This document shows positions 49,272 through 58,390 of a stretch of 64,000 nt of DNA, piece by piece (positions within the stretch are counted from its first letter, which is position 1; each line of letters begins with the position of its first letter). The stretch spans positions 4,429-68,428 of IMG/VR virus record IMGVR_UViG_3300017940_000554; one strand, 5' to 3'. This DNA comes from a virus. A program made the position numbers and the translations under genes. Under the pieces are notes generated by a model. The model was not told the origin of the DNA and did not search any database. It saw only the letters and a list, made by a program, of their open reading frames with translations.

Positions 49272-50360
49272 CTATTCCGTAAACATTTCGTCTGGTGGTT
49301 CCTGGTTGGTTTTTTGCGGCTTTTCTCCAAATTCTTTTCCGATAGTTTCAAGAACAAGTTGGAACTGGTCCTGCCGAATCAGGTAACGGTGCTGAATCTC
49401 AAATTCCCGATCAAGCAGCCCCTTGATCTGGTCTTCCGACAGATTCAGTTTGCGCTGTACATCAAACAGCATGACTGCATCGTCAAAAGAGATGTGAATC
49501 TTCGGATCGTGGCCTGGCTGTGTCTCCCATGATTCCCGCTTGCTTTTTTTGCCGCTTTTTTTCCGCAAACTGCAATCAGCCGCATGGCCATTCAAAACGC
49601 GGCATTCCGCACAAAGATTGTCCTGTTCTGGAGGCCGCTGTGTGCCTTCATGGCCGTGTCCACGATTGGGCTCGGTTGATACATGGAGCGTGCCCAGATC
49701 CCGCTTTGTTTTCTCCTGAGCGTGGTCTACAGTCTTTTCTGGAGGCAAGAAGGCAGGTTCCTGTGTCGGCATTTCTTCGTCCACGTAGACGCCGCCCAGC
49801 TCTTCTGGCCAGCCCCGACGCAATGCCAGAGCTTCGGCACATTTTGTCAGCTGATTGACCGGCATTTTGCCCCACATCGCATTCGGTTCGAATTTGCCGC
49901 TTTGCTTATCCTTGCGTGTCTGCACAAATTCGCGATAGCAGGCAGTTGCGCCAAATTCGTGCCACGCGCTGTCATTCTGCGAGAATTTTTTCACCCACAT
50001 AGTGACGCGCAGATCCACCTTGCCACTGTCTTCTACCAGGGGAAGTTTTTCCGAAGGCATATAGACGCCCGTGCGGTTGGCAATCGAGCGATAGCCGTCG
50101 ATACCCGTCTGGATGGTCATCTTCTCGACGTAGGCGTTTTTTTCTAGGTCCCAAGCTGAACGCTTCACGGCGTGAATCTGCCGCTGCAGTGGATCAAGAT
50201 GGCGCACCCGCGCCACATGACAAAAGAGCGCAAATTCTTCGTCCGAGAGGCCCGTGGCCACGGTGCGTTTAATCAGTTCAAGATTCTCCGGGCGCTCCCA
50301 ATCCTGATTGAGGGTAATCGCGCCTTGAGGTTTCGCAATTGTCATTGCCGTTTCAACCAT
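49272..50360 (-). CDS. bet: Bet/Redbeta-family ssDNA annealing protein
   Basis: LDPLQRQIHAVKR, IQTGIDGYRSIANRTG, W.KMP.NQL.KCAEALALRRGWP. Confidence 0.88.
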   Translation of the reverse strand: MVETAMTIAKPQGAITLNQDWERPENLELIKRTVATGLSDEEFALFCHVARVRHLDPLQRQIHAVKRSAWDLEKNAYVEKMTIQTGIDGYRSIANRTGVYMPSEKLPLVEDSGKVDLRVTMWVKKFSQNDSAWHEFGATACYREFVQTRKDKQSGKFEPNAMWGKMPVNQLTKCAEALALRRGWPEELGGVYVDEEMPTQEPAFLPPEKTVDHAQEKTKRDLGTLHVSTEPNRGHGHEGTQRPPEQDNLCAECRVLNGHAADCSLRKKSGKKSKRESWETQPGHDPKIHISFDDAVMLFDVQRKLNLSEDQIKGLLDREFEIQHRYLIRQDQFQLVLETIGKEFGEKPQKTNQEPPDEMFTE

Positions 50361-51405
50361 TCGACACCTCTTTTGTAATCTGTACCAACTTCGGTTTTTT
50401 GCTGTATGGGCACAGATCGAAATATCCGCACCAACGACTTGCGCATCCCCACCAGTTTTGGTTTGCTGGCATAAAAACACCCGTTCTCATGGCATGGATC
50501 AAATTTGTGAACCGGTTCAAAAAAACCTGCACGTCATTCATATCCCGTGTCGTCCCCGTGGGCACGTATTTCACCATGGGTTTGGCCGCGTTTGACCGGA
50601 CCAGATAATCCAGCACCATTTTGTCGGGCAATTTCCTGTCCACCACATAGGAAGCCATCGCATAGGCGGTCAATTGTTCGGAATCGTCTGCGGTTCCCGC
50701 TTTATCGTTCCCATCCATGAACGACGGAACAGGCGATTTTGCCGATGTTTTCGTATCGCGAATCACCAGCAATTCCTTTTCCCCATCGTGCTGGATTTCC
50801 TGAACATCCTGTTCGCCCACAAAATCAATTCCCGTGCGCGCAGCAGCATTGAGGGACCGTGCCTGGGCATGCAGCAATTTCGCGGCGGATGGATCGGGCA
50901 TATTCTCGGCCGCCAGATGGAATTCTTTTGCCCGCGTGCGCAAAAAAGAATCCATGTCCACGGAAAATCTACGCCGTGTACGCACCGCCTGAATTTTCGG
51001 TGCCGCCTCGTCATGGTGCAATCCGGACAAACAAACCGCCTTGTCTTTAGCCTCGCCCAATACTTGGTCAAGGCTTTTGCCCTCTTTTTTTTCTTCCTGG
51101 TCCAGTTCAATAGGTTCGTTTTTTTGTTCCTCATCGAATTTTGCTGCGGAAATTCCCAGCACATCTTCGCGCCGCAGCAATTCGCCCGTCTCGATTTTGT
51201 GATCAAGATCCTGGGTCACCGACTCATCCGTGGATTTGCCCACCAGCAAAAAGGCATTCGGTGGGGATTTAATGCCCAGAATGTAGCGGAACAGAAAACG
51301 CTGACCGCAATCTGCCGCCATATTCAGCGCAGAAACGTGAATCTGCTGCCGCTGCTTGGCCTTGGGCGTAATTGTTTCGATGGGGGGAACAATGGAATCT
51401 CTCAT
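50353..51405 (-). CDS. PD-(D/E)XK exonuclease (Cas4/RecB-like)
   Basis: N-terminal Cys, IRDTKTS, QLTAY, C-terminal CASRWCGYFDLC; coupled to bet. Confidence 0.8.
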   Translation of the reverse strand: MRDSIVPPIETITPKAKQRQQIHVSALNMAADCGQRFLFRYILGIKSPPNAFLLVGKSTDESVTQDLDHKIETGELLRREDVLGISAAKFDEEQKNEPIELDQEEKKEGKSLDQVLGEAKDKAVCLSGLHHDEAAPKIQAVRTRRRFSVDMDSFLRTRAKEFHLAAENMPDPSAAKLLHAQARSLNAAARTGIDFVGEQDVQEIQHDGEKELLVIRDTKTSAKSPVPSFMDGNDKAGTADDSEQLTAYAMASYVVDRKLPDKMVLDYLVRSNAAKPMVKYVPTGTTRDMNDVQVFLNRFTNLIHAMRTGVFMPANQNWWGCASRWCGYFDLCPYSKKPKLVQITKEVSNG

Positions 51406-51517
51406 AAGAATCGCCTTCGCCGTTCTTGGGTAATCTGAGAGATAGTCCGAACTGATTTTTTTGTCTACGGTAAAAAATGGTGTAGACGCAAAGCTGTGTT
51501 TGTCCTATGCTGCGCGC

Positions 51518-51715
51518 ATGGAAAAGAGACCAAAGCTGGCCAAAGAGGGAAAGCTCAGCAAGGATGATCCGGAGTTTTATTCAAAGATTGCGGCGATTGC
51601 GGGGAAAAAACTGGTGCGCAAGCATGGCACAGAATATTTTTCTAAATTAGCGGCCAAGAGCCATCCTCGGGATCACTATAACGGTGGTCGTCCGCCCAAA
51701 AAAAAGGTGGCATAA
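51518..51715 (+). CDS. small basic KGG-repeat-like protein, probably leaderless
   Basis: EFYSKIAAIAG/EYFSKLAAK repeats; TAGACG-17-TATGCT promoter 7 nt upstream of ATG; runs into array 3. Confidence 0.6.
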   Translation: MEKRPKLAKEGKLSKDDPEFYSKIAAIAGKKLVRKHGTEYFSKLAAKSHPRDHYNGGRPPKKKVA

Positions 51716-52461
51716 AGATCTGTTTAATGCACTCAAACTGCATTGCTACATTCCATCACCCAAGCAAGTTTGAGAGATTTCAGGTTGCATCTGTTCGATG
51801 TACTTAAACTGCGTTGCTACGCGGTACTCTTGACAGAGTGGGGATTTTATGATGTTGCATCTGTTCGATGCACTTAAACTACGTTGCTACCATGAAAAAC
51901 GCAAATAGGGCTTGACAGATTTTCAGTTGCATCTGTTCGATGCACTCATACCGCATTGCTACGGCCGATGAACTGCCCGGTCTGGTGGTGGACAAGTGTT
52001 GCATCTGCCCGATGCACTCAAACTGCATTGCTACAGTGGTCGAAGGAGATTGAAAAGCATGCGTTTTAGTTGCATCTGCCCGATGCACTCATACCGCATT
52101 GCTACCATGGCGGGGAAGCTGCGCGCTGGATCGAGCAACAGTTGCATCTGCCCGATGCACTCATACCGCATTGCTACGAGCAATGTGCAGGGATAGGATC
52201 GCCATCTTCAAGTTGCATCTGCCCGATGCACTCAAACTGCATTGCTACGAGAGCGACTCGACAGAATGCCGGCTCACGTAAGTTGCATCTGCCCGATGCA
52301 CTCAAACTGCATTGCTACTTCTCTTGCGCCATGCAACGTCAACAACAATAAAGTTGCATCTGCCCGATGCACTCAAACTGCATTGCTACGATTCACGGTT
52401 GATAGCCGTGAAGGGGACTCTGTTGTTGCATCTGCCCGATGCACTCAAACTGCGTTGAGAC
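51713..52461 (+). CRISPR. CRISPR array 3 (11 repeats, 10 spacers), convergent with cas12
   Basis: GTTGCATCTGCCCGATGCACTCAAACTGCATTGCTAC; most homogeneous array. Confidence 0.95.
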
Positions 52462-52518
52462 TGGCTTCTCCGCGAACCTCTCGCATTTTGTCGGTTGCTC
52501 CTGGTTCGCGGAAAGAGT

Positions 52519-54756
52519 CTACTCTTTGCTTCCACCGTGCAACGCTTTTTCCGCCAACGCGGGATCGCCGTCAAAGCGCACCAGATTGATGGCCGTATTG
52601 TGATCCTGCTTGATCTCCCGTCCACATCCTTCGCAGTTGAACTTCTCCTTTTCGTTCGACGGATTCAGATGGTCGCAGAAATGGCAAATACGCGTGAGGT
52701 TGATATTCTCGTGAGCCTCCACCGCATATCCATACTTCACCGCCGTGTTTTTCAATATACCGATGAATTTTGCGGGCGCTACAAACTGCCGATATTTCTG
52801 TGACCGCTTCAAACTCTCTGGATCTTCATTATCGTGCCGTTGTGCTACCTTGGATAGAAAACTGTCCTCCACAATCAGCCGTTCGATTCCCTTCTCTTTC
52901 AGATACCGGCAAATGTCGTGCGCCACCTGCGCATGACCGTATTCCACCCGCTTGGTCGTTTGATCAAAATAAGCCGAAGTCAATTTCCGAACTTCCTTAT
53001 TCTTTTTCTCCCAATCGTTCACAATCTCCAGCACGGTTGGGTCATCCATGAATTCCAGCGCCACTTTGTGCAAGCCATTACTCCCAGCCTTTTCCAGCCA
53101 CGCCGGAGTGCGTTCGCCCAAATGTTTGCGCAGCAGGATTTTAGCTGTGTCTTTCAAATAATCGCAGCGTGCCGCTAACGCCATGCGCGTCTCAATAATG
53201 CCCGGAATCGCCTCTCCTGGCTTCCACTTGGGATGGAGTGCGGTAATATGGTGCTTCTCCCAGCGGGTAGGGCCAAGATCAATGCGGAAGGCTGTGCGAT
53301 CCTTGTGATCCTTCGGAGAACGCTGGAAGTCGATCATGGCTTCCCGAATCGTCTTGGTTGCCGGTTCGTAGAGCGTAGCAAAGCGGATGCCTTCCTCGGT
53401 GCGCCGCCAGCCAATTTCCAAGCCGGCCGAAAGCACGGCAGCAGGTTTGGGCACCGGTCGTTGCAGCTCCACCACCAGGCACAGCCAAAGCTTGCCATCC
53501 TGATAGATCAACTTCCATTCCTTCAAATGAGAGTTGGGCGGCAACGCCCGATGTTGCAGCACCGCAAAGCGGAAATCATGCCGGGTTTTCTCCGGTTCGT
53601 CCCCAGGGATAGAAATCGTAGCTTCCCGCATCCTCCGGTACTCGACTCTCTTCCCTGTCATCTCTTTGTGGCCTGTTTCGGAAGGAGGCAACGGTAATCC
53701 AAAACTGAGTGCCGGTACGCCACTTCCGGACTCAAGCAATGTTGAGTCCACTCCGGCTTTGTTAAAGTAGTAATGCACGCCCCAATTGGCCGCTTTGGGG
53801 CTGTCTGGATACTTGAGCAATGGCCAGCCTTCCGACCAGGGCGCTTTGGTGGTTTTACGCCGGTCCAGCACAGCTTTAAAAGCGCCTACGGTTGGCCGGA
53901 TTTCAAAACGCCGCAGCCCTAGCGCCACCGCTTCTCGCTCAGCAATCGCCGCAAAGTCGTTCATAAACTCATTCAGCGGCGTGTACTCCGCTTTGAACTG
54001 CTCGGCAAAACCAACCACTTTTTCCAGCAATCCATCGGGTACAGCACGTTTCTTTTCAATCCGTCCGCGCAGCTCCCCAACAAAACTCCACAAACCGTCA
54101 ATGCCCGGCATCTCGATCTTCAGTTTAGCCGGATGCCGCATCTTTTCCTTGGTTCTGGCTCTTCCCAGCATCAGGTTGAAGGCATCAATTTCGGGCAAAA
54201 TCGTGTTGTTCACAAATTCGATAATCTCTGCCGTCGGTGCTGGAGAACACTTGCGCCGGGCATCGCGGCAGAGCCATGCCAACCGGTTCCACAATGCCTT
54301 TTGCCGCCCAATACAATCCTTGAGCCACTGCGGCAATCCGGTGCCCTGCTCCGATTCATCGTCAATGCTGGTATTGATGCCTGGATGCGTAAAATAGGCT
54401 CGATACTTGTAGATTTCGTTCGTCCACCCATCCTCGGCTGGAAACAGGCGCGGAGTCTTCGCCATACCACCCATATGCAAAATTCCGGGTTGCTTTTCAT
54501 TGGCGGATAAAACCCCTTCGCGTCTCTGTTTCCGCTGCAGTCCTCCAATCGTCATCAAACGCAACTGCAAATTCAAACCCTTTTCCAAAAGAAGACCCTC
54601 GGGCAGAGCCACGGGCGGAAGCTTCGCAAAAACCGCCGTCCGCGCCACACTGTCAAAAACAATACTGCCATGGGTAAAAGCCTTCGTCGTCTTCAGCGAA
54701 GAATCCTGCGGATACACGTAAAGTGTTTTGTCCTGGTAGGTCAAATGATCTATCAT
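52519..54756 (-). CDS. cas12m: type V CRISPR effector, Cas12m (V-M/V-U1)-like
   Basis: 745 aa; QKALWNRL, QHRALP, RuvC-I GLEIGWRR..GIRFATLY, RuvC-II LIVED, CHFC/CEGC Zn ribbon, RuvC-III QDHNTAINL; adjacent array. Confidence 0.8.
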   Translation of the reverse strand: MIDHLTYQDKTLYVYPQDSSLKTTKAFTHGSIVFDSVARTAVFAKLPPVALPEGLLLEKGLNLQLRLMTIGGLQRKQRREGVLSANEKQPGILHMGGMAKTPRLFPAEDGWTNEIYKYRAYFTHPGINTSIDDESEQGTGLPQWLKDCIGRQKALWNRLAWLCRDARRKCSPAPTAEIIEFVNNTILPEIDAFNLMLGRARTKEKMRHPAKLKIEMPGIDGLWSFVGELRGRIEKKRAVPDGLLEKVVGFAEQFKAEYTPLNEFMNDFAAIAEREAVALGLRRFEIRPTVGAFKAVLDRRKTTKAPWSEGWPLLKYPDSPKAANWGVHYYFNKAGVDSTLLESGSGVPALSFGLPLPPSETGHKEMTGKRVEYRRMREATISIPGDEPEKTRHDFRFAVLQHRALPPNSHLKEWKLIYQDGKLWLCLVVELQRPVPKPAAVLSAGLEIGWRRTEEGIRFATLYEPATKTIREAMIDFQRSPKDHKDRTAFRIDLGPTRWEKHHITALHPKWKPGEAIPGIIETRMALAARCDYLKDTAKILLRKHLGERTPAWLEKAGSNGLHKVALEFMDDPTVLEIVNDWEKKNKEVRKLTSAYFDQTTKRVEYGHAQVAHDICRYLKEKGIERLIVEDSFLSKVAQRHDNEDPESLKRSQKYRQFVAPAKFIGILKNTAVKYGYAVEAHENINLTRICHFCDHLNPSNEKEKFNCEGCGREIKQDHNTAINLVRFDGDPALAEKALHGGSKE

Positions 54757-54986
54757 TCCGAATCTCTCCTCGTTTCCTCATCCTTGCAAACCACATACTG
54801 TTTTCTCGTATTGTCGTACATCATTGCTTTGGGGTGCAGCCTCCGGAAATTGCGCAGATCAATCGATGCCTGCGCAATCGACAAATCAAACTTGCGCATC
54901 AGATGGCACCGGTTGATGAACCCGAAAATGCGCAGGGTTTCTTCAATCCATTCCATCCGGTAATTTTCAAACCAACGCTCTTTCAT
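54753..54986 (-). CDS. stand-alone CapW/WYL-regulator-type winged HTH
   Basis: RMEWIE..L...GFINR.HL..KFDLS..QASIDL..F....P..M.YD...K.Y; ATGA-coupled to cas12. Confidence 0.7.
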   Translation of the reverse strand: MKERWFENYRMEWIEETLRIFGFINRCHLMRKFDLSIAQASIDLRNFRRLHPKAMMYDNTRKQYVVCKDEETRRDSE

Positions 54987-55171
54987 GCGGTCTCCGCATC
55001 ATTCGATTGGCTCTTCAGCTCTTTCACGTAACGCAAAAACGCCGCCAGAACCGCAGGCTCCAGATAGACCTGGTTTGTCTTGCGGATTCCGTTGGAGGCA
55101 TACAGCTCAATCTGCCAGCCATCAAAGGCGGCATAGAGCCCATCGCCCAAGTAGGTGTCTTCTTCCATCAC
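54983..55171 (-). CDS. hypothetical protein
   Basis: YLGDGLYA.FDG small phage protein, coupled. Confidence 0.6.
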   Translation of the reverse strand: MMEEDTYLGDGLYAAFDGWQIELYASNGIRKTNQVYLEPAVLAAFLRYVKELKSQSNDAETA

Positions 55172-55485
55172 GCGTCCGATTCGTTCTCGCTTCGTTCGGC
55201 AACTTCTCGGTCCAAATCCGCACGAAAATCCCGAAACTCCTGCATCAGTGCTGCCGCAGCGCCGTCAGGAAACTCCGATTTTTTAAAGAATTTCAGGATC
55301 ATGGCATCGGCTTCGGTGCGCGCCGCCATCTGCAGAATGTCCATCGCCACCTGCCGCGCATCACTCATCGAAAATTGAGCGATCATGCCTTTTTCGTTCG
55401 AAAGCTGCACGTAGGGTTTATGGTCGCGTACAGCCACAACTCCATTCACCCAAAATTGACTGGTTTTTTCTGGATCGTGTGCCAT
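55168..55485 (-). CDS. hypothetical protein
   Basis: First gene of the coupled operon ending in cas12. Confidence 0.6.
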   Translation of the reverse strand: MAHDPEKTSQFWVNGVVAVRDHKPYVQLSNEKGMIAQFSMSDARQVAMDILQMAARTEADAMILKFFKKSEFPDGAAAALMQEFRDFRADLDREVAERSENESDA

Positions 55486-55573
55486 GCGCGCAATTATAGC
55501 GCTTGCCGCGCAGGCAATAGCGGCTTCGCCGCAAAATTAAATGGGCCGCCCGCTACCGCGCGGACGGCCCGTA

Positions 55574-55646
55574 TCATCGACGCCGGAGTCGAACCGGCGA
55601 CATTCTGATTAGAAGTCAGACGCTCTCCCAACTGAGCTAGTCGATT
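55574..55646 (-). tRNA. tRNA-Arg(TCT)
   Basis: Cloverleaf; anticodon arm TCTGA-CTTCTAA-TCAGA; GGTTCGACTCC; no encoded CCA. Confidence 0.8.
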
Positions 55647-55654
55647 GGGTTGTG

Positions 55655-55800
55655 CAGCACGCCTTGCTCACCAGCCCGGAACTTTTATTCTGATGCAGAC
55701 GCTCTACCTCTGAGCTAAGGGCGCATATTTTTTTGGGGCGCCCTGCGGGATTCGAACCCGTGCCTTCTGTTCATATGGTTCCGCCCAGTTCGCTATCGTT
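55655..55800 (-). ncRNA. permuted tRNA-like (YrlA/Y RNA-like) ncRNA
   Basis: T arm (CGGGTTCGAATCCCG) precedes a closed acceptor stem AGGGCGC/GCGCCCT, then D arm (AGCTCAGAGGTAGAGC); closed by CGGAAC/GTTCCG. Confidence 0.65.
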
Positions 55801-55915
55801 AGCCACGATAAACCTTTGGGTAAAAATCTGATCCGGTTTTCAGCTACCGGGTTTAAGTCTGAATCACAAGTCTGAGTCTGAGCCTGGATCGAGCCTTTCA
55901 GCCCTACCCAAATTC

Positions 55916-56674
55916 TTAGGCGAGCGGCTTGAAAACAAATTCCAGCAGCTCCGTGCCAATCTTTTTGTCGTGAGTATCCACCGCGTGGTCATTGGCCTTG
56001 GAACGAGCCTTGGCCACTGCGCGCAGCAACGTTTCTACGCGATCCAGCAACTCCGCCTTTGTAGCCGGCGTGATCAGCGAACTCCACTCTTGCTCCAAGA
56101 TCGTGCCAATCGGCTTGTCCCCTTGGATCAGTTGCGTTTGCGCTGGATGCTCCTTGGTGGCCGCAGCCAAAGTAATCACTTCCGGCACCTTCTTCGTGCG
56201 TTGCTTCGTCACATCGCGTGCTCTGTAATATCCCTTCCCACGCGCCGCGTCCAGCTGGAAACCTTTTGCCGGGTCCAGTGTGGGAATGGACTGAATCAAT
56301 TCTTTCCATTCAGCCACGCGCTTTTCCAGCTGCAGCAAAGTAGTCGCGGGCACATCCTTCAACAGGATCTCGTCCTCTTCCGTTACCACGTCGGCCTTGG
56401 CCTGCGTATTCGCAACGTCCACTTGGTAAGCCACATCGAGTGCCTTTGCCAAAGATGGTTTGATCCAATCGATTTCACTGATCACCGTCGATTGAATATC
56501 CTTCTGCTCTTCGATCTGCGGTTTCTCCAGTTCGTCATTGGACGTGAAGGTCTTGCGCGTTTCCTCAAAGAGATGACGCTTCTTTTCAAAAGTCGTCTTC
56601 AAATCTGCGCGCTTTTTCGTGGCCTGGCCGCTCAGGTTACTCTGCACAGCCAGCAATTCGTGCAGCTTCGTCAT
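55916..56674 (-). CDS. coiled-coil phage protein upstream of the tRNA-like RNA
   Basis: MTKLHELLAV...VPATTLLQLEK...IPTLDP...HPAQTQ; GGGAG SD. Confidence 0.7.
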   Translation of the reverse strand: MTKLHELLAVQSNLSGQATKKRADLKTTFEKKRHLFEETRKTFTSNDELEKPQIEEQKDIQSTVISEIDWIKPSLAKALDVAYQVDVANTQAKADVVTEEDEILLKDVPATTLLQLEKRVAEWKELIQSIPTLDPAKGFQLDAARGKGYYRARDVTKQRTKKVPEVITLAAATKEHPAQTQLIQGDKPIGTILEQEWSSLITPATKAELLDRVETLLRAVAKARSKANDHAVDTHDKKIGTELLEFVFKPLA

Positions 56675-56724
56675 AGGTCTTCTCCCACGCGACGGAATAT
56701 ACTCCGCCTGGTTCAAAAACGCAA

Positions 56725-57408
56725 TCATTGAATTGTGGTATTCCACCAGTCCGGCAAAAAATAGTTTGCTAACTCTGTCATTCCCACCGTATCCACCGCT
56801 TTGATCTGGCCCGTTGCGTCCTTTGTATAAAAAGTTGAGTAATTAATCGGCAAAATTTGAGGCCCTTTGAGCGTGGTAAAAAGCATGTCATTCCACACTT
56901 CCTGCGGAAGGTTTGCAGCCGTTCCATCAAACCTTTCCGTCAAAATACGACCATAGATTTTTTGAAATTCTTCATGAGGCATGACCGCAGGAAGTCCAAA
57001 GTATTTGCGGAACTTGACTCCATTCACGGCGCGCGTATCCGACTGCACTAACGCTGCCGGTAAATGAATCTTGGGAAACATCTCCAAGACATATACCAAT
57101 AAGCGCTTTCGGGTAATATCGTCGAGTCCATCTTGAAGAATCAGATCCTCGCCCAGCGCCCTTCCATTGTCGTCGTACAACCGCAAAAGGAAAGGAAGAC
57201 ACCCATCTCTGTTGAGTTTTAAAAGCCCCTCGTCGTGAATCCTGCGACACTCTGCTTGCCAATCCATGCCCGCAATATACACTTCCTCTTCGCCAAAAGT
57301 CCAGATTCTGGACTTTTTGTTTTTACAATAAGCCTCATAACTAATCAGGCAGCTCTTCATCGGCTTGCCAGGGTTGCCGATACAGTGCATACCGATTCTG
57401 TAAACCAT
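56725..57408 (-). CDS. hypothetical protein
   Basis: Long ORF, start uncertain. Confidence 0.45.
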   Translation of the reverse strand: MVYRIGMHCIGNPGKPMKSCLISYEAYCKNKKSRIWTFGEEEVYIAGMDWQAECRRIHDEGLLKLNRDGCLPFLLRLYDDNGRALGEDLILQDGLDDITRKRLLVYVLEMFPKIHLPAALVQSDTRAVNGVKFRKYFGLPAVMPHEEFQKIYGRILTERFDGTAANLPQEVWNDMLFTTLKGPQILPINYSTFYTKDATGQIKAVDTVGMTELANYFLPDWWNTTIQ

Positions 57409-57844
57409 CTAAAACAGTATCGCCATCAAGCAGGGCTTGACGGGCCATCCTGCTAGGGAAACGAACCCCTAAATAAGCGATTCCCTCGTTGCGCCATACA
57501 CCATCAATCAGATTGCCCGCTGCATCGGTATTCCAGGCATGATCAACGGCAAGTGGAAGCTCCGCAAAGATTGCTGAACCTTCCACATAGTGCAATCCCC
57601 GCTTTTTTCGGCAGAGTGCAACTGCATGGCGATAACAGTCTTTGGGCATTCCTTCCCAACCTTTATGTATCCAAGGCTGCACCGGAAACCAAACGCCATG
57701 CCGCAACAAAAAATCTTCGCGCCCGCAATAGTAAAAATCGTGTTTACCCATGGAACGCCGTATCGAACGTACAATTGCCAAATGCCTCACCAGCATAATT
57801 TGCGGTTCATCAAGATCCGCTATTCTGTCTTCCCAGTCCATCAA
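57341..57844 (-). CDS. hypothetical protein (transglutaminase-like C...HAW...D)
   Basis: KDCYRHA, YVEG, HAWN, LID. Confidence 0.5.
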   Translation of the reverse strand: MMDWEDRIADLDEPQIMLVRHLAIVRSIRRSMGKHDFYYCGREDFLLRHGVWFPVQPWIHKGWEGMPKDCYRHAVALCRKKRGLHYVEGSAIFAELPLAVDHAWNTDAAGNLIDGVWRNEGIAYLGVRFPSRMARQALLDGDTVLDGLQNRYALYRQPWQADEELPD

Positions 57845-57901
57845 TTTTCCTTTTTGGGTACTCCTGATTCGATCAGCTCTAGCAACTCCATTCCAGACTT
57901 T

Positions 57902-58390
57902 TTACTGCAGTCGATTGGAAGGCACAATCCGGATGTTTTTCGGAACCAGCGTCCGCAGCCGTTCCAGGTTCTTTTCATATTTTTCCAGTTCGGCTTGATG
58001 ATAGGCAACCTGACGCTCCGCCCATCGCACCTGCTCAGCAATCTGTTCTGCCGTTGGGCAGTTCATTCGTTCAATCCGTTCCCATTCCTGCTTGGCCTGC
58101 TCTTCTTTCCATAGCAGCCGCTGTCGTGTGCGCTTCTGTCGCCGTGTCTCGTAGAACTCCGGATCGCACAGCAGCTCCGCCGCCTGCTCAATGCCTCGCG
58201 ATGCCGCAACGGCAAAATGGCTGGCCACCCTGCGGATCACCCTCTCCGTGTAGTCTGTCAGCCACTTCCGGAACGCCGGCTGCTTGTACTGCTCCGGCAG
58301 ATACGGCAATACCTCTTCCACCAGCTCATCGGCCGGTTGAAACTCATTCCGTTTCGACACAACAGCCGGAATCGTGCCTGGCAGATTCAT
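57902..58390 (-). CDS. hypothetical protein
   Basis: AGGAG SD before MNLPG; coiled coil. Confidence 0.5.
   Translation of the reverse strand: MNLPGTIPAVVSKRNEFQPADELVEEVLPYLPEQYKQPAFRKWLTDYTERVIRRVASHFAVAASRGIEQAAELLCDPEFYETRRQKRTRQRLLWKEEQAKQEWERIERMNCPTAEQIAEQVRWAERQVAYHQAELEKYEKNLERLRTLVPKNIRIVPSNRLQ

Noticed and set aside
50353-51405. Cas4-like nuclease next to array 3 as an adaptation gene
   Set aside because: It overlaps bet and is transcribed away from the array, so it fits the Exo/Bet recombination pair better; no cas1/cas2 in the window
24179-52461. Self-targeting spacers within the phage
   Set aside because: Only short matches of about 12 nt were noticed by eye; an exhaustive alignment was not possible
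52519-54756. IS605 TnpB transposon
   Set aside because: Much larger than typical TnpB, no tnpA or IS ends seen, and it has an adjacent array and Cas12m-type motifs
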